NCBI GenBank assembly: GCA_038087875.1
Contig: CM075992.1
Span: 11,038,001 to 11,102,000, forward strand
Origin: Malacoraja senta
Lineage: Eukaryota
Direction: 5' to 3'
DNA length: 64,000 nucleotides
Part shown: in pieces, positions 36,733 to 49,750 of the stretch
Position numbering within the stretch: position 1 is the first letter of the stretch
Layout of the letters: every line of letters begins with the position of its first letter
Program-made: the position numbers and the translations under genes
Notes under the pieces: model-generated
The model's database searches: none
What the model saw: the letters and a program-made list of their open reading frames with translations, nothing else
Told to the model about the DNA's origin: nothing

Positions 36733-38818
36733 TTCTGATCTTCTGAAAATACAAATCTTCTCTGCACTCTTTCCAACCCAATAGCATCCATCCAATAGAG
36801 TTTGTACAACTGTAACATAACATCCCAACTCTGACTGATGATGGCGAATGTACCAAACCCTTTCTTCACCACCTTAACGACCTGTGACTCCACTTTCTTG
36901 GAACTATATACCTGTAACCTTCATCCCTCTGCTCTTCAATGCTCGCCATTGTCTGAGCATTCACTGTGAAGTGCCTGTCACTTTCTCAAAGTGCAACCCC
37001 TCTCCATTAGCCATTCATCAGCCCACTTGTCTAGCTGATCAAGAACCTGCTGCAATTTTTGATAAGAATCTTCACCATCCACAGTTCCACCTACGTTTGT
37101 GACCTCTGCAAGCTTACTAATCATGCCTTGTACATTCTATCCAAATTGTTGATTAAAAACACACACAGCAATGGACACAACTGAGGCACATGACTAGCCA
37201 CAGGCATTCAGTGTGAAAAACAATCTTCCACCACCACTGTCTGCTTCCTTTCATGCAGCATATTCTGTATCCAGTTGGGTAGTTCCCCCAGCAACCCATG
37301 CAATCTCACCTTCCAAAGCAGCCTACCATGCGCAACCCTTATCAAAGGGAGGAAAATTGGAATCCTGAGAAGAGACCACGTGGATACAGGAGGAAGGTGC
37401 AAACTCCACCATCTTCAATGGTCAGGACCCTCCCTAGGTCATTGGCTGAAGTAGGGCAGGAGCACTTTTCTCTTAAATGTAAAGATAAAGGTTTCATGAA
37501 AGTAAGGTCATGAAGTCCGAAGTGATAGGAGCAGAATTAGGTCATTTGGCCCATCTGCAAGTCTACTTCGCCATTATAGCTGATCTATCTCTCCCTCCTA
37601 ACCCCATTCTCATGCCTTCTCCCAATAATCCCTGACACCCGTACTAATCAAGAATCTATCTATATCTGCTTTAAAAATATCCATTGACGGCCTCCACTGC
37701 CTTCTGTGGCTAAGAATTCCACAGATTCACCACCCTCTGACTAAAGAAATTCCTTCTCATCTCATTCCTAAAGGAACGTCCTCTAGTCTCTAATCCTAGA
37801 CTCTCCCACCAGTGGAAACATCCTCTCCACATCCACTCTACCCAAACCTTTTACTATTTGGTACGTTTCAATGAGTCCCCCTCTCATTCTTCTAAACTCC
37901 AGGCACCGTGCCATCAAATGCTCATCATATTTTAAGCCACTCATTCCTGGGATCATTCTTGTAAACCTCCTCTGGACCTTCTCCAAGGCCAGCACATCCT
38001 TCCTCAGATATGGTGCCCAAAATTGCTTACAATACTAGTGTCCTTCAAAAAGCAGATGGTGATGGTGGAGGGTCCTTTGTAACAACATATCCTCCTGATA
38101 GCTGCTGCAGCTGTTTTCTTGTTGAAACAAAGCACTGCAGATGCTGGTTGACCAAAAATAAATACAAAATGCAGAAGTAACTCAGAGGGTCAGGCAGCAT
38201 CCCTGCAGAATATGCAAAGGTGACATTTCTGGTTGGGACCCTTCTTCAGACTGTTTGTAAGGTGAGGAGATGAAAAGTGGAAGAGAGGAGGGGCAGGACA
38301 AAGCATGGCAGGTAATAGGTAAGCACAAGCGAGGGAGGGTTGATAGGCAGATGGGTGGACAAAGGCCAGAGATGAAAACGCACAGGGTGTGAGACAAAAG
38401 GATTAAAGAGTTGTGATTTAAGAATCTGGAGGAAGAAATGTTGGGGGAGGGGAGTAATAGGTGCACGGCCAGTTGTGGCTCAAGTCAGCGGAGGGAGGAA
38501 GAAAGAGGGTTGTCTGGGAGTGAAAGGGAAGGGGATTCCCCTGAGTCCCACCTGGCCTTGTACCTATTTCTTCCCAGCCCCCTCATTTGTCCAACCATTT
38601 GCCTATCGAAAACCCTTTGCCTGTGTTCACCCATCGCCAACCACACTTTGTCCTGTCCCTCCTTTCTTCGAGCTTTTTTGGCCCCCCATACGATCAGTCC
38701 AAAGAAGGGTCCCAACCGGAAATGCCTCCGGTCTAAATTCTCCAGGGATAGTGCCTGACCTGCTGAGTTATTCCAGCATTTTGTATCTTTTATCAACTAT
38801 TTTCTGTTCTCTTCACAG

Positions 38819-38856
38819 ATTTGATAAATCTTCGCCCGAACAGTTCATCTTTTGCG
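38819..38856 (+). CDS. Adhesion GPCR small stalk exon
   Basis: Acceptor tttctgttctcttcacag|, donor GCG|gtaagc; 38 nt, phase 1-0; (D)LINLRPNSSSFA. It bridges the phase-1 EGF exon to the phase-0 exon at 39999. Confidence 0.65.
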
Positions 38857-39998
38857 GTAAGCTCATGTTTTTCACCGGTGCGCACTGGAGTCAGGAAAGG
38901 GGGGAGGAAGAAAAAGTCAATTGGGTTGTTGCTATGAATTGGAGAATTCAATGTTCATGCTGTTGACTTGCAAACTACCCAAGCAGAATATGAGGTGTTG
39001 TTCCTCTAGTGTGGCCTTAATCTGACAATGCAGGAGGCCCAGGACAGAAAAGTTGGTACGAGAATGGGAAGGGGAGTTAAAATGGTTAACAACTGGTAGA
39101 CCGAGTGCAAGTGTTCAGCGAAATTATCCCTTTGTGTACACCTGGTCTCACTGGACACCAGTAATGTAATGCTGAATGCAGTAACTGAGATTAGAGGAGA
39201 TGCATCTCACCTGAAAGTACAGATGGTGAACGAGGAGGTATAGGCCAAGTGTTACATCTCTTGCTGTTGCAGGGGAATGTACCTGAAGATGGTGCGGTTT
39301 AGGTGGGACAGGATGAGGGAACCAAGGTTTGTGGAGGGAGTGGTTTCTGCAAATGTTGATGGAAATTGAGGGCATGAGCTATAGGGAGAGAATGGGCAGG
39401 CAGGGAGTGTGGGAGAATGAGGGGTAATCTTACAGAGGTGTATAAAATCATGAGGGTTATTGATAGGGTGAATGCACACAGTTCTTTTTCCCCATGGCAG
39501 AGGAATTAAGAACTAGAGAACATGTCGAGAGGGAAAAGATGGAACCTGAGGGGCAACATTTTCATATAGAGGGTGGTACATATATGGAACGAGCTGCGAG
39601 AGAAAATAATTCAGCAAGGCGTAATAACAACATTTAAAAGACATTTGGATAGGTACACAGACTGGAAAGGTTCAGAGGGACATGGGTCAAATGTACATTA
39701 ATGGGACTAGCTTCGATGGGGCAACTTGGTCAGCATGAACAAATTGGGCCATAGAGCCTGTTTTTCAGACTTTAGAGATACAGCGTGGACACAGGTCCTT
39801 CGACCTACCAAGTCCACACTGAACAGCATTTCTATACTTGTACATTGGATGGAAGGAGGGAGATGATTGCAAATGAGTAAGAGAATATGCAATAAATTGA
39901 AGGATATAGAGCGGTGTAGAGGAATGGATAGAGTGCGTGTTCACAGGTGCTTAAAGGTTGATCAAGTGGTGATAAAGGCACTGTCTCTATTCCAACAG

Positions 39999-40176
39999 GA
40001 TATTAATTCATTTGCTGAGGTTTCCACCACGAGTTTGTTAAAGCTTTGCAACACAAGTTCAACAGATTTCTTCAAGTTGGTTTCCAATTTCCTGGAAGTC
40101 ATGGAAAATTATACAATTGCAGCTGCCCGGAATTTACATCACCAAGAAAAGGGAGAGTTCTCTTCCAATAACTTGG
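39999..40176 (+). CDS. Adhesion GPCR exon, probable GAIN subdomain A (helical)
   Basis: Acceptor ctgtctctattccaacag|, donor TTGG|gtaatg; 178 nt, phase 0-1; DINSFAEVSTTSLLKLCNTSSTDFFKLVSNFLEVMENYTIAAARNLHHQEKGEFSSNNL. Confidence 0.8.
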
Positions 40177-40424
40177 GTAATGTAACAATCTTGTTTTTCT
40201 AGTGGTGTTGAATAAAGTTCTGTTTTAGCCATTCGTTTAAGGTACACAGTTGGTACCAGCCGCCATTGGAACTGTTTAGGTCTGGCAGTGAAGGAGGAAA
40301 CTGGTGTACTGCTGGAACCAATGATCTTTCTCATGGGTAACACGTCAATGTTGACTGATAGCATCACCGCCTGTTTCTGCAACTCATACACCCAGGAACA
40401 AAGGCAATTACAAAAAGTGGTGGT

Positions 40425-41735
40425 CCGATTCGATACAATAGAACTTTATTTATCCCAGGAGGGAAATTGATCTGCCAATAGTCATAAAAATGCAAAATAC
40501 ATGAAACATGAAATTAAAGTGATGAGTGGAAAGGATTAGGGATGTGCAAAGATGATGGGGGGTGGGGGGGTAGTCCGTCTCGGTCTACCCCACGACAGAA
40601 GAGGGAGGAGTTGAACAGTTTGATAGCCACAGGGAACAAGGATCTCCTGTGGCGATCTGTGCTGCATCTTGGTGGAACCAGTCTGTTGCTGAAGGTGCTC
40701 CTCAGGTTGACCAGTGTGTCATGGAGGGGGTGAGCTGTATTGTCCAGGATGCTCCACAGTTTGAGGAGCATCCTCCCCTCCAAGACAACCTCCCATAAAT
40801 CCAACTCCACCTCCAGGACAGAGCCAGCCTTCCTGATGAGTTTGTTGATCCTATTGCCGTCCGTGTGCCCGTGTGTCCATCTGTGTCCGTGTACGCATCT
40901 GCAGGTGATTCAGCCCACACCATTCAACACTACACCTCTGTATTCAGCTTCCATCCCCTCACTGATGCAGCCCACAATTGCAAAGACAGACGAACACTTC
41001 TGCAGGTGGCAGGATTCCGTGTTATATCTGAAGGTGTAAATGGTCAACAGGAAGGGAGAGAGGACCGGGTTATATCCGAGGTGTAAATGGTGAACAGGAA
41101 GGGAGAGAGGACCGTCCCTTGTGTGGCCCCTGTGTTGCTCACTACCATGTCTGAGACACAGTTCTATAGCCTGTCACAATGTGGTCGGCCAGTCAGGTAG
41201 TTGGTGATCCAGGACACCAATGGAGCATCCACCAGCATCCTCATCAGTTTGCTCCCTAGCAGTGCAGGCCGGGTGGTGTTAAAAGCACTGGAGAAGTCAA
41301 AAAACATGACTCTCACATTGCTTCCTGACTTATCCAGGTGAGCATAGGAACGATGGAGCAGGTGGATGATGGCGTCCTCAACCCCCATCTTTGTTTGGTA
41401 AGCGAACTGCAAGGGGTCCAGGAATGGTGTAACCAGGGGTCGCAGATGAGTGAGCACCAGCCTCTCCATGGACTTCATGATGTGTGAAGTCAGCGCCACC
41501 AGTCTGTAGCCATTGGAGGAACTGCGGTGTGTCCTCTTTGGTACAGGAACCAGGCTGGATGTCGTCTACATCACAGGAACCTTCTCAAGGCTCAGGTTGA
41601 AGATATTGTGGAGTACTCCGCACAACTGGCTGGCTCACGCCTTGAGTACCCTAGGGCTGACACCATCAGGACCCGTGGCTTTGCCAGAACAGTCTGCTCA
41701 GCTCTTTTCTCATCAGCTCAGCCTTGATGGGCAGG
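40425..41735 (-). mobile_element. Rex1/Babar LINE 3' part (continues at ~43179-43455 beyond a nested CR1)
   Basis: RT motifs VALTSHIMKSMERL, LDPLQFAY, FFDFSSAFNT; C-terminal HPLH...RRSLFPVAIKLFN; tail read on + as actttatttatcccaggagggaaatt. Confidence 0.85.
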
Positions 41736-43178
41736 TGCCACAAAGAAAGGGCAGAGGAAGTGTATGTTGGGTACATGGAAGGTAGACAAAACTGCTGGAG
41801 AAACTCAGCGGGTGAGGCAGCATCTATGGAGCGAAGGAAATAGGCAATGTTTCAGTCTGAAAAAGGGTTTCAACACAAAACATTGCCTATTTCCTATGCT
41901 CCATAGATGCTGCCCCACCTGCTGAGTTTCTCCAGCATTTTGGTCTACCTTCGATTTTCCAGCATCTGCAATTCCTTCTTAAACATGTTGTGTACATGGA
42001 TTTCAGTAAGGCATTCAACAAGGTTCCGCATGGTAGGCTGCTCTGGAATGCCAGATCGCATCGGATCCAATGAGAGATAGCTGAATGGATAGCAAATTGG
42101 CTCCATGTAAGGAAGCAGAGGTTGATAGTGGAAGGTTGCTTCTCGGATTGGAGGGCTGTGACTAGTGGTGTGCCTCAGGGTTCGGTGCAGGGCCCATTAC
42201 TGTTTGTCATATACATCAATTATTTGTGTGAGAACATACAGGGCAAGATTAGCAAGTTTGCTGATGATATAAAAGTGAGTGGTTTTGCAGATAGTGAAAA
42301 TGGGTTGTGAAAGATTGCGGCAGGATCTGGATCGATAGGCCAGGTGGGCGGAGGAATGGTTGATGGAATTTAATACAGAGGAGTGTGAGGTGTTGCATTT
42401 TCGGAGGTCAAACAAGGGCAGGATCTACACAGTAAATAGTAGGCCTGTGGGTGGTGTTGTAGAGCAGAGCGATCAAGGAGTACAGGTGCATGGTTCCTTG
42501 AGGGTCGAGTCGCAGGTAGTCAAAAAGGCTTTTGGCCCTTTGGCCTTCATCATTCAGAATATTGAATATAGAAGTTGGGAGGTCATGTTGCAGTCGTATA
42601 AGACGTTGGTGAGACCGCGTTTAGAATATTGTGTTCAGTTCTGGGCACCATGTTACAGGAAAATATTGTCAAGCTTGAAACGGTTCAGAAAAGATTTACG
42701 AGGATGTTGCCAGGACTAGATGGTGTGAGCTATAGGGAGAGGTTGAATAGGCTTGGTCTCTATTCCAAGAAGCGTAGGAGCATGAGGGGGGCTCTTGTAG
42801 AGGTGTACAAAATCATGAGAGGAATAGATTGGGTTGATGCACAGAGTCTCTTGCCCAGAGCAGGGGAATCGAGTACCAGAGGAGATAGGTTCAAGGTGAA
42901 GGGGAAAAGATTTAATAGGAATCCGAGGGGTAACTTTTTTACACAGTATGGTGGGTGTATGTAACAACTGACAGAGGAGGTAGTTGAGGCTGGGACTATC
43001 CCATCATTTAAGAAACAGACAGGTACATGGATAGGACAGGTTTGGGGGGATATGGACCAAGCTCAGGCAAGTTGGACTAGTGTAGCTGGGACATTGTTGG
43101 CCAGTGTGGGCAAGTTGAGCTGAAGGGCCTGTTTAAACACTGTATCACTCTATGACTGTATGACTCAATGACTCTATG
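41736..43178 (+). mobile_element. 5'-truncated CR1 (HER1-like) LINE nested in the Rex1 copy
   Basis: RT motifs YMDFSKAF, GVPQGS, KFADD, LEYCVQFW; (ACTCTATG)-like 3' tail at ~43145-43178. Confidence 0.88.
41780..41984. mobile_element. Palindromic Penelope-end-derived short element with 16-bp TSD
   Basis: ~75-bp inverted arms; flanked by ATGTTG(G/T)GTACATGGA at 41764-41779 and 41985-42000. Confidence 0.75.
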
Positions 43179-43455
43179 AAGTGGACCAGGGGGGTTGAGG
43201 GGGAGAGTCTGTCAGGGGGCAGGGGGGAGTGGGTGGGCAGAGGCCCCACCATCATATCTATAAAAAAAACAGGTTTAGCTCATTGGCCCAGTCCTGATTG
43301 CTTTCCCTCCCCAGGCCACTGGTCTTCTTGTGGTCTGTAATGCTCTTCATACTGCTCCATACATCCCTCATGTTGTTCTGCTGAAATTTCAGCTCCAGCT
43401 TCTTCCTGTAGTCGTCCTTGTCCTGTCTCAGTCTTGCCTTCAGGTCTTTTTGCAC

Positions 43456-43933
43456 TGTCAGGGCAATCGAAGCTCCCTTGTCGGGGCGATCGTAGCTCCC
43501 ACGTCGGGGCCGTCGAAGCTCCTGCGGCTTGGAGCTCCCGAAGTCGCTCTCTAACCAGGGAACGCGAGCACCACGATGTTAAAGTCCGCAGGCTCCTGCG
43601 GTTGGAGCTCCAAAGTCGATCGCCAACAGATGTCGCGAGCTCCACGATGTTAATTCCTGCAGGCTTCCGAAGTCGGTCTCCAGCAGAGGCCACCAGCTCC
43701 TCGATGTTAGGCCGCAGTGTGGACAGAGATATCGTACGGGAAAAAATCGCATCTCCGTCGGGATAAGAGGTTAAAAAAGGTTCCCCCAACACTGCCCCCC
43801 ATCCCCCCCCCCCCACACCAGCTAAGCTAAAGAACATTAAAACATACATTTAACACATACTAAAAAAACAACAAAGAAGGAAGGGACAAGACAAACTGTT
43901 GGCGAGGGAGCCATTGTTGGCGCCACCCGGTGG
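43456..43933 (-). mobile_element. GC-rich retroposon 5' fragment abutting the Rex1 fragment
   Basis: Reiterated ggagctcc...aagtcg motifs and an A/C-rich end (aaagaacattaaaacatacattt) resembling 56660-56710. Confidence 0.6.
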
Positions 43934-44299
43934 TTCAGAGATGCTGCTTGAGTTATTCCAGCTATTTGTGTCTATCTGCTGGAATATGAATGTCTTTTTT
44001 GTGAAAGCTTTAATGAAAGACACAAAAAGCTGGAGTCACTCTGGAGAGAAGGAATGGGTGACGTTTCATCTTTTGAAGACCATGCTCCACTCGTAATTAG
44101 AAAAAGACGTTGACAATCTCTGTGTACAGGGTACTGAGAGCAACTCATTGGGTTTCTGGAGAGAGATAGGATTGAGAACCTTTGGACATATTAAAAGTTA
44201 TTTTCTACACAAAGGTATGACAAGTTACTGAAGCTGTGTGACATTTTATTCCCTGTTTTTAATGCTGCTGCTGACTTTCCTGTTTCTCCATTTTCAAAG

Positions 44300-44419
44300 A
44301 AATCCGCATGCAAGCAATCCGGAACAGCACAATCCCAAACGATAACAGATCAAAGTTATCCACTGTCAATAACAGCCTGAACATTGGCTGGAAGAGCGTG
44401 GCAGGGAAAGAGAATTTTG
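44300..44419 (+). CDS. Adhesion GPCR exon, GAIN domain
   Basis: Acceptor ttctccattttcaaag|, donor TTTG|gtaagt; 120 nt, phase 1-1; (E)IRMQAIRNSTIPNDNRSKLSTVNNSLNIGWKSVAGKENF. Confidence 0.8.
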
Positions 44420-45099
44420 GTAAGTCCAAGCGCAGCGTCAACCCTATTCATGGCTTTTTGCCATCTCATTGTAATTTTGATGTAGTTTCCCTTGTTAGAC
44501 AGGCGAATGCCTCATTCTTTACTCCTAATACATGGGGGAAATTTCCAGATAATGGGAAAGAGAGTGCACAATATAAATGCCTCATTATACATCAATAATA
44601 GTAAGATTAAACGAGAATTTACCAGTTTGAAGTTTGATTTTTATTTTATGAGGAGTTACGATGAGGGACTACATGAAGAAAACCCCGTCCAGCCGCATGC
44701 GCGTCAATCTTCAAAGCAGCGGTGTGAAATCACAGGTAATAGTAATTGAAGTATAATAGTAAGATTAGAGAAGACTAGAACTACCAGATGACATTTATGG
44801 GGTGGGAGCGGAGGGCACGTAGTCCCTCATCGTAACTCCTCATAAAATAAAGATCAAACTTCAAACTGGTAAGTTCTCATTTAATCTTACTATTTTACTT
44901 CGGAGTCACGTGAGTGACTACGTGAAGATTTCAAAGCTCTGTGATTTCATGCCGCAGATTCAAATCCCAGTCTCACTGCATCGATTGACTCAGAATGAGT
45001 AAATAATCAATAATGCATCAAACCATAACATTGCTTTAAACGGATTAACGGTTTATTGTGCAAAGAAACAATAGCAACCCCTTCTATCCCAGGGGGAAA

Positions 45100-46076
45100 C
45101 TATAAAACTGAACTCAAAACAGAATGGGCAAATACCCCCGGATTGGCAATTGGTTTATGATAAAACCTTTGGAACATCAACTCACTGGACCATCCTGCGG
45201 CCGCGAGAATATGGTCTATAGGGACATCCATAGCCCTGGCCGCTGAAGTTGATGCCGCCCTGGTGGAATGAGATTTAAAATTTTCAGTGTCAATACCAGC
45301 ATAACCCATAACCTGCTTCAGCCACCTTGAAATTGTCTGAACTGACACCTTTCTATGCATTTTCTTGTGGCTAATAAACAATGCTAATTCCGCACCTCTT
45401 AGGGTTCTAGTAGCCTCGATGTAATATAACAAACATGACACCACGCATAGGCGGGAATCCATAGGGTATGCCGCAAAAGTAATCTTACACCCTGTCGCCC
45501 CTAGTCTAGTCTGAGCAAATCATAGATGTAGAAAGTGGCAGCATCTGCTGACACTTCCATCCTGTCTAGTTGCAGCTTCTGTAATGTCTGCACACGTTGG
45601 GCTGAAACCAACGCCATAAGCATAACTACCTTCATGGTGACTTTGGCCAAAGACAGGGCTGTGACAGGAGACCACTGACGAAGGAGCATAAGAACATCGC
45701 TTATATTCCAGATTTCTGAATACCTGGCCCTGGGAGGATTAGAATTAAAAATTCCCTTCCTAAATCTAGAGACTAGAGGGTGTGACCCCACTGGACATTC
45801 CTCTGATCCCATCCATAAGTATGAAGACAGGGCACTTCTGGCTGTATTGATCGCACTATAGCTTAACTTATGATTGAAATGGAGAGTTGACAAGAACTCC
45901 AGTACGTCAGGGATGCCTGCCGTTTGATATGAAATATTCTGCTGTAAGCAGAACTCCCATTCCCTTATAGAAGAAATGTACTGCTTTTGTGTACTATCCC
46001 TCCAGGCTGCAGTAATAACATCCACGGTGCGATCGGATAGTCCTCTCCCCAGGTATGGCCTTCTTAGAATCTGCAA
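45100..46076 (-). pseudogene. DIRS1 tyrosine recombinase (split ORF)
   Basis: N-terminal SYSAINTARSALS motif, SAQR, and catalytic region HSTRAASTS...AGWSS...FQRFY; broken between 45462 and 45501. Confidence 0.9.
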
Positions 46077-47679
46077 ATTAACAGATCAATACGATCATGT
46101 AAAGGGTGTTGATCGCCAGTTACCAGGTGCACCAGCAGGTTTCTATGTTTGGGTACAATCATAAACGGCTGTGTGATTATCTGCAACACGAGAGGGAACC
46201 ATGGCTGAGTAGGCCAGTCAGGTACCACCAGTACTCCTGAAGCGTAGTCCTGCTTAATTTTTTGTGGACACCGACTGATGAGGCAAATGCATATAAAAAC
46301 ATTCCTCCCCAATGCAGCGAGAATGCATCGACTGCTGCTGCCCCAGGATCCGGTTCCCATGAAACATATTTAGGTAACTGGTCGTTTAGTCTGGATGCAA
46401 ACAAATCGATATCTGGCATACCAAACCTAGCCACAACATCGTTAAATATCTCATGATTCACAATGTTGTCATTGAATTGGCGTGACCTTGTGTCTGCTAC
46501 TATGTTAAATCTACCTGGTAAGTAGATTGCTGACAGCCAAATGTCTCTCGAAATACACCAGCTCCAAATCAGATTTGCCAATCTATCACAAGATTCTGAC
46601 TTGACTCCACCCATATGATTAACATACGCCACAGCTGTAGTGTTGTCGATCTGATCCTGCACATGCAAGTGACTTTTAGTAGAGCAACAAGCTTTAAGCC
46701 CATAAACTGTTCCCAAAAGCTCTAAATAATTAATCCCTCGTAACTGCAGAAGAGGTTCTTCTTGACTCTTCCATCTGTCTCCACAGCTGGAAAAATTATC
46801 CGTAGCACCCCAACCTAGAGCACTAACATCAGTCTGTAAGACAATGAAAGGTGGGTCAACCAAAATTTTGCTGGAACTACTTGAGACATTCATGATCGAC
46901 CATTGTATTTCAGCAATGGCTTCAGCTGATAATTCCATGGGCCTGTCATAATGACCTGAATGTGTCCTCAGTGCCTGTTCTTTTGCTCGTTGTAATTGCT
47001 GGTAATGCAGAGGTCCAAACTGCACACCTGCGAAAGAAGCCACAAATTTGCCAATCAAGCTTGCCACTTGTCTAATTGAAGGTCGTTGTTCTCCAATGAG
47101 CTTAATACAGCCTTCAATTAATTGCAGCCTTTTATCCTTCGGCAGAGTCACTAACATGTGCTCTGAGTTAATAGTGAAACCCAAGTAATCAATAAATTTG
47201 TCTGGTGTTAATTTGGACTTAACTGGGTGAATGATAAACCCCAATTTTTCAAAGGTGAGCTTCACAACTGTAATGGATGTTTCAGCTTCGTCCCGAGTCT
47301 TTCCTACAATTAAAATATCGTCCAAATAGGCCATTACAATATGACCCTGAGCACGAAGTAGCCCCAGGATTGGTTTTAACAATTTGGTAAATAATCTAGG
47401 AGCTGAGGTTAATCCATTAGGCAGTGCTTTGAATTGCCACAATTGACTCATCCAGCTAAATTTCAAATATCTCCTGTCATTGCAATGAACAGACACTGAG
47501 TAATATGCATCTTTAAGATCTATGGTTGCCATATAACAACTTCTGGAAACCAGTTGTTTAGCCGTAGCAAAAGTTTCCATTTTAAAATGCCTAAATTGTA
47601 CAAAATGGTTAAGGCTCGTCAGGTGTAGAATGATTCTACATCCTCCATCCTTTATTGACCTAGGAAAAATATTTGACAC
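46064..47679 (-). pseudogene. DIRS1 reverse transcriptase - RNase H - methyltransferase-like ORF (frameshifted)
   Basis: RT motifs IDLKDAY, LPNGLTSAP, YLDD; RNase H motifs QTDVS..GWGA, INYLEL, DNTT, YLPG..N..AD; MT-like motifs DLFAS, AVDAF..W, VVPDWPTQPWFP. Confidence 0.9.
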
Positions 47680-49750
47680 AAATTGTTGCAGTTGACGAAC
47701 CGACCCCTCAATTACCCCTTTATTGCATAATTTTTAAAGTTCTGCCTGTATCCCGATATTCTCTTCCAGTGAGAAATTGAGTGTCCGGCTAGGAACATGC
47801 TGAGTGGGTGGACATAAATTGGGATAGAATTCAATTCGAAAACCTTCAATGCTGCACAGCACAAACAGATCTAATGTTATCTCCTGTCATTCTTTAAGAA
47901 ACAAGTGTAACCTACCCCCAACTTGTAACTCTTTCCCACTTAAAATGTTTCTATCAGAAGCAAAACCACCTACCTGCATGGTTATCGGTGGAACTTGTTG
48001 CCCCCGGTACCTCATGGGAAAATTCATCTTTGCCCGTGTGCCTACAGCAGGGCGCCAGCTTCGCGTATTCGAGAATGAACGGCTTGTTCCTTCACCAGCC
48101 CCGGTCATTGCACCCCATCGGTAGGGGAACTGCCTCCGAACCACTTTGCTGCCCATGGGTGCTTTGATTAACCCCACTGTCTTAGCCCATCATCGAGCTC
48201 TTTTACTTGCTTAGCGAGGTCCTCCCCAAACAGTAGATTTGGCAGTTGAACATTGCTGGGCTTGCACAGCGCTGCAAATTTAGGGTGAATAGCAGGGCGT
48301 ATGGCACTTTTCCTTAAACAGTTCACTTCAAAATGTGCACTGCACAGAAGACCTAAAGTATCCTGTTGTGCCTCAGACAGGTGCCCCTCTTCCACCGTTC
48401 TGGCGAATGCAGTAATGCCTGCAGCAAGCAACTTCAGCACCCGATAGAGTTTTAACTCTTGTGCCCGAACACCAACTCCCATTTGGCCCCATATCACATG
48501 GTTAACCACCGGTACTTTCAGTAACCCACAATCAACCGGGGTTTCATACCTCTTTGCAGTATCATCCATTGTCAGCTCTTGGAGCTGATGGGAGTAAATA
48601 GTTAATCGTTGTGGCCAACTCCTCCCCCAAAGGCTCCCCTGCTTCACTGGGGATAGCAAATTTTGCTGCCAAATTTGGAATTCCAATGTCATGCCCTTCA
48701 CCCCTTGGGCTCTGCTCACCCACTGATTCGGCGTCAGTGTAACCCTGACCCATCAAACTCTCCTCCATGAGGGAGCGACTGAGCAGCCCTATTCCAGGCG
48801 CTGCTGGCACAGGCTCTCCAACAGACCGGCGTGGACATCACTCCTCCTCCTTAGCGAGTATCCTCTCCAACAGGACCACGATCTGAGATAGCCGTTTAAA
48901 AACGGCCTCCCCTTGCGGAGGTGAATCCTCCTGGCCCGACTCGGAGTCAATGGGCCTAGCAGACTTACAAGTAGCCTTACGCCCTAACAGCGCGGCGACG
49001 GTGCTCACAGGTAACATGTCTGCAGTCGCTAACCCCTCTGCTAACGACGGTACAGGTGAACTAGGCGGACACCCGCTACCCGCACTCCCGCGGTCTTCCA
49101 AGCTTTTAGCTGCGGGTCACCTCGCCTTCACCTTAGAAGCTTTCTGCATACTGAAGTCGCCCTGAAAAACAAGCATTTCCAGCAGAAAGCAACCTCTAAC
49201 TAAGTTGAGCACTTACCTCGAGGTTTTAAACTTACCCGCTGGAGGAGCACTGCTGCTCCCACCGGTCGCATGCGCATGCGGCTGGACGGGGTCTTCTTCA
49301 CGTAGTCACTCACGTGACTCCAAAGTAAAATATCCTGATATTATGGAGCATCTTTTGTGATGTGTAGGACAGGTTCAGGAGATCTCAGAAACAAGCCCCT
49401 TTACCCAGGGTCTTTTTACCCAGAGGACATGGGTTTAAGGTGAGAAGGGAATGATTTTATTGGAACCTGCGGAGCATCCTTTTCACAAAGAGGAGTGGTG
49501 AGTATATGGAATGAGCTGCCAGGGAAGGTACCACAGAGGCAAGCAGAATAACAACATTTAATGGAGACTTAGAGAGATACCTGGATAGAAAATGTTAAGA
49601 GGGATATGGACCAGGTGTTGGCAAATGGGACTACCTTAGATCAGGCTTCTTGGTCAGTATGGGCAAGGTGGGCCAAATGGCTTGTGTCCGTACTATATGA
49701 AACTATGAAATGGTTAATGTAGGAATAAATCAGATTGGAGACAATCTGGA

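Larger units (their letters stand above)
44597..49332 (-). mobile_element. DIRS1-type tyrosine-recombinase retrotransposon with both termini and ICR (ORFs disrupted)
   Basis: Inverted terminal repeats (44667-44702 vs 49272-49307), internal complementary region 44816-44928, gag-like ORF1 remnants (48168-49147), RT-RNaseH-MT and YR ORFs. Confidence 0.95.

Noticed and set aside
41020..41115. ~47-bp tandem duplication (ggtgtaaatggt...gagaggaccg x2)
   Set aside because: Local duplication inside a dead Rex1 RT; no sign of function.
43456..43720. Reiterated ~50-60 bp ggagctcc...aagtcg motifs superficially like a CRISPR or regulatory array
   Set aside because: Degenerate, irregular and internal to a eukaryotic retroposon; no constant repeat with unique spacers and no cas genes.
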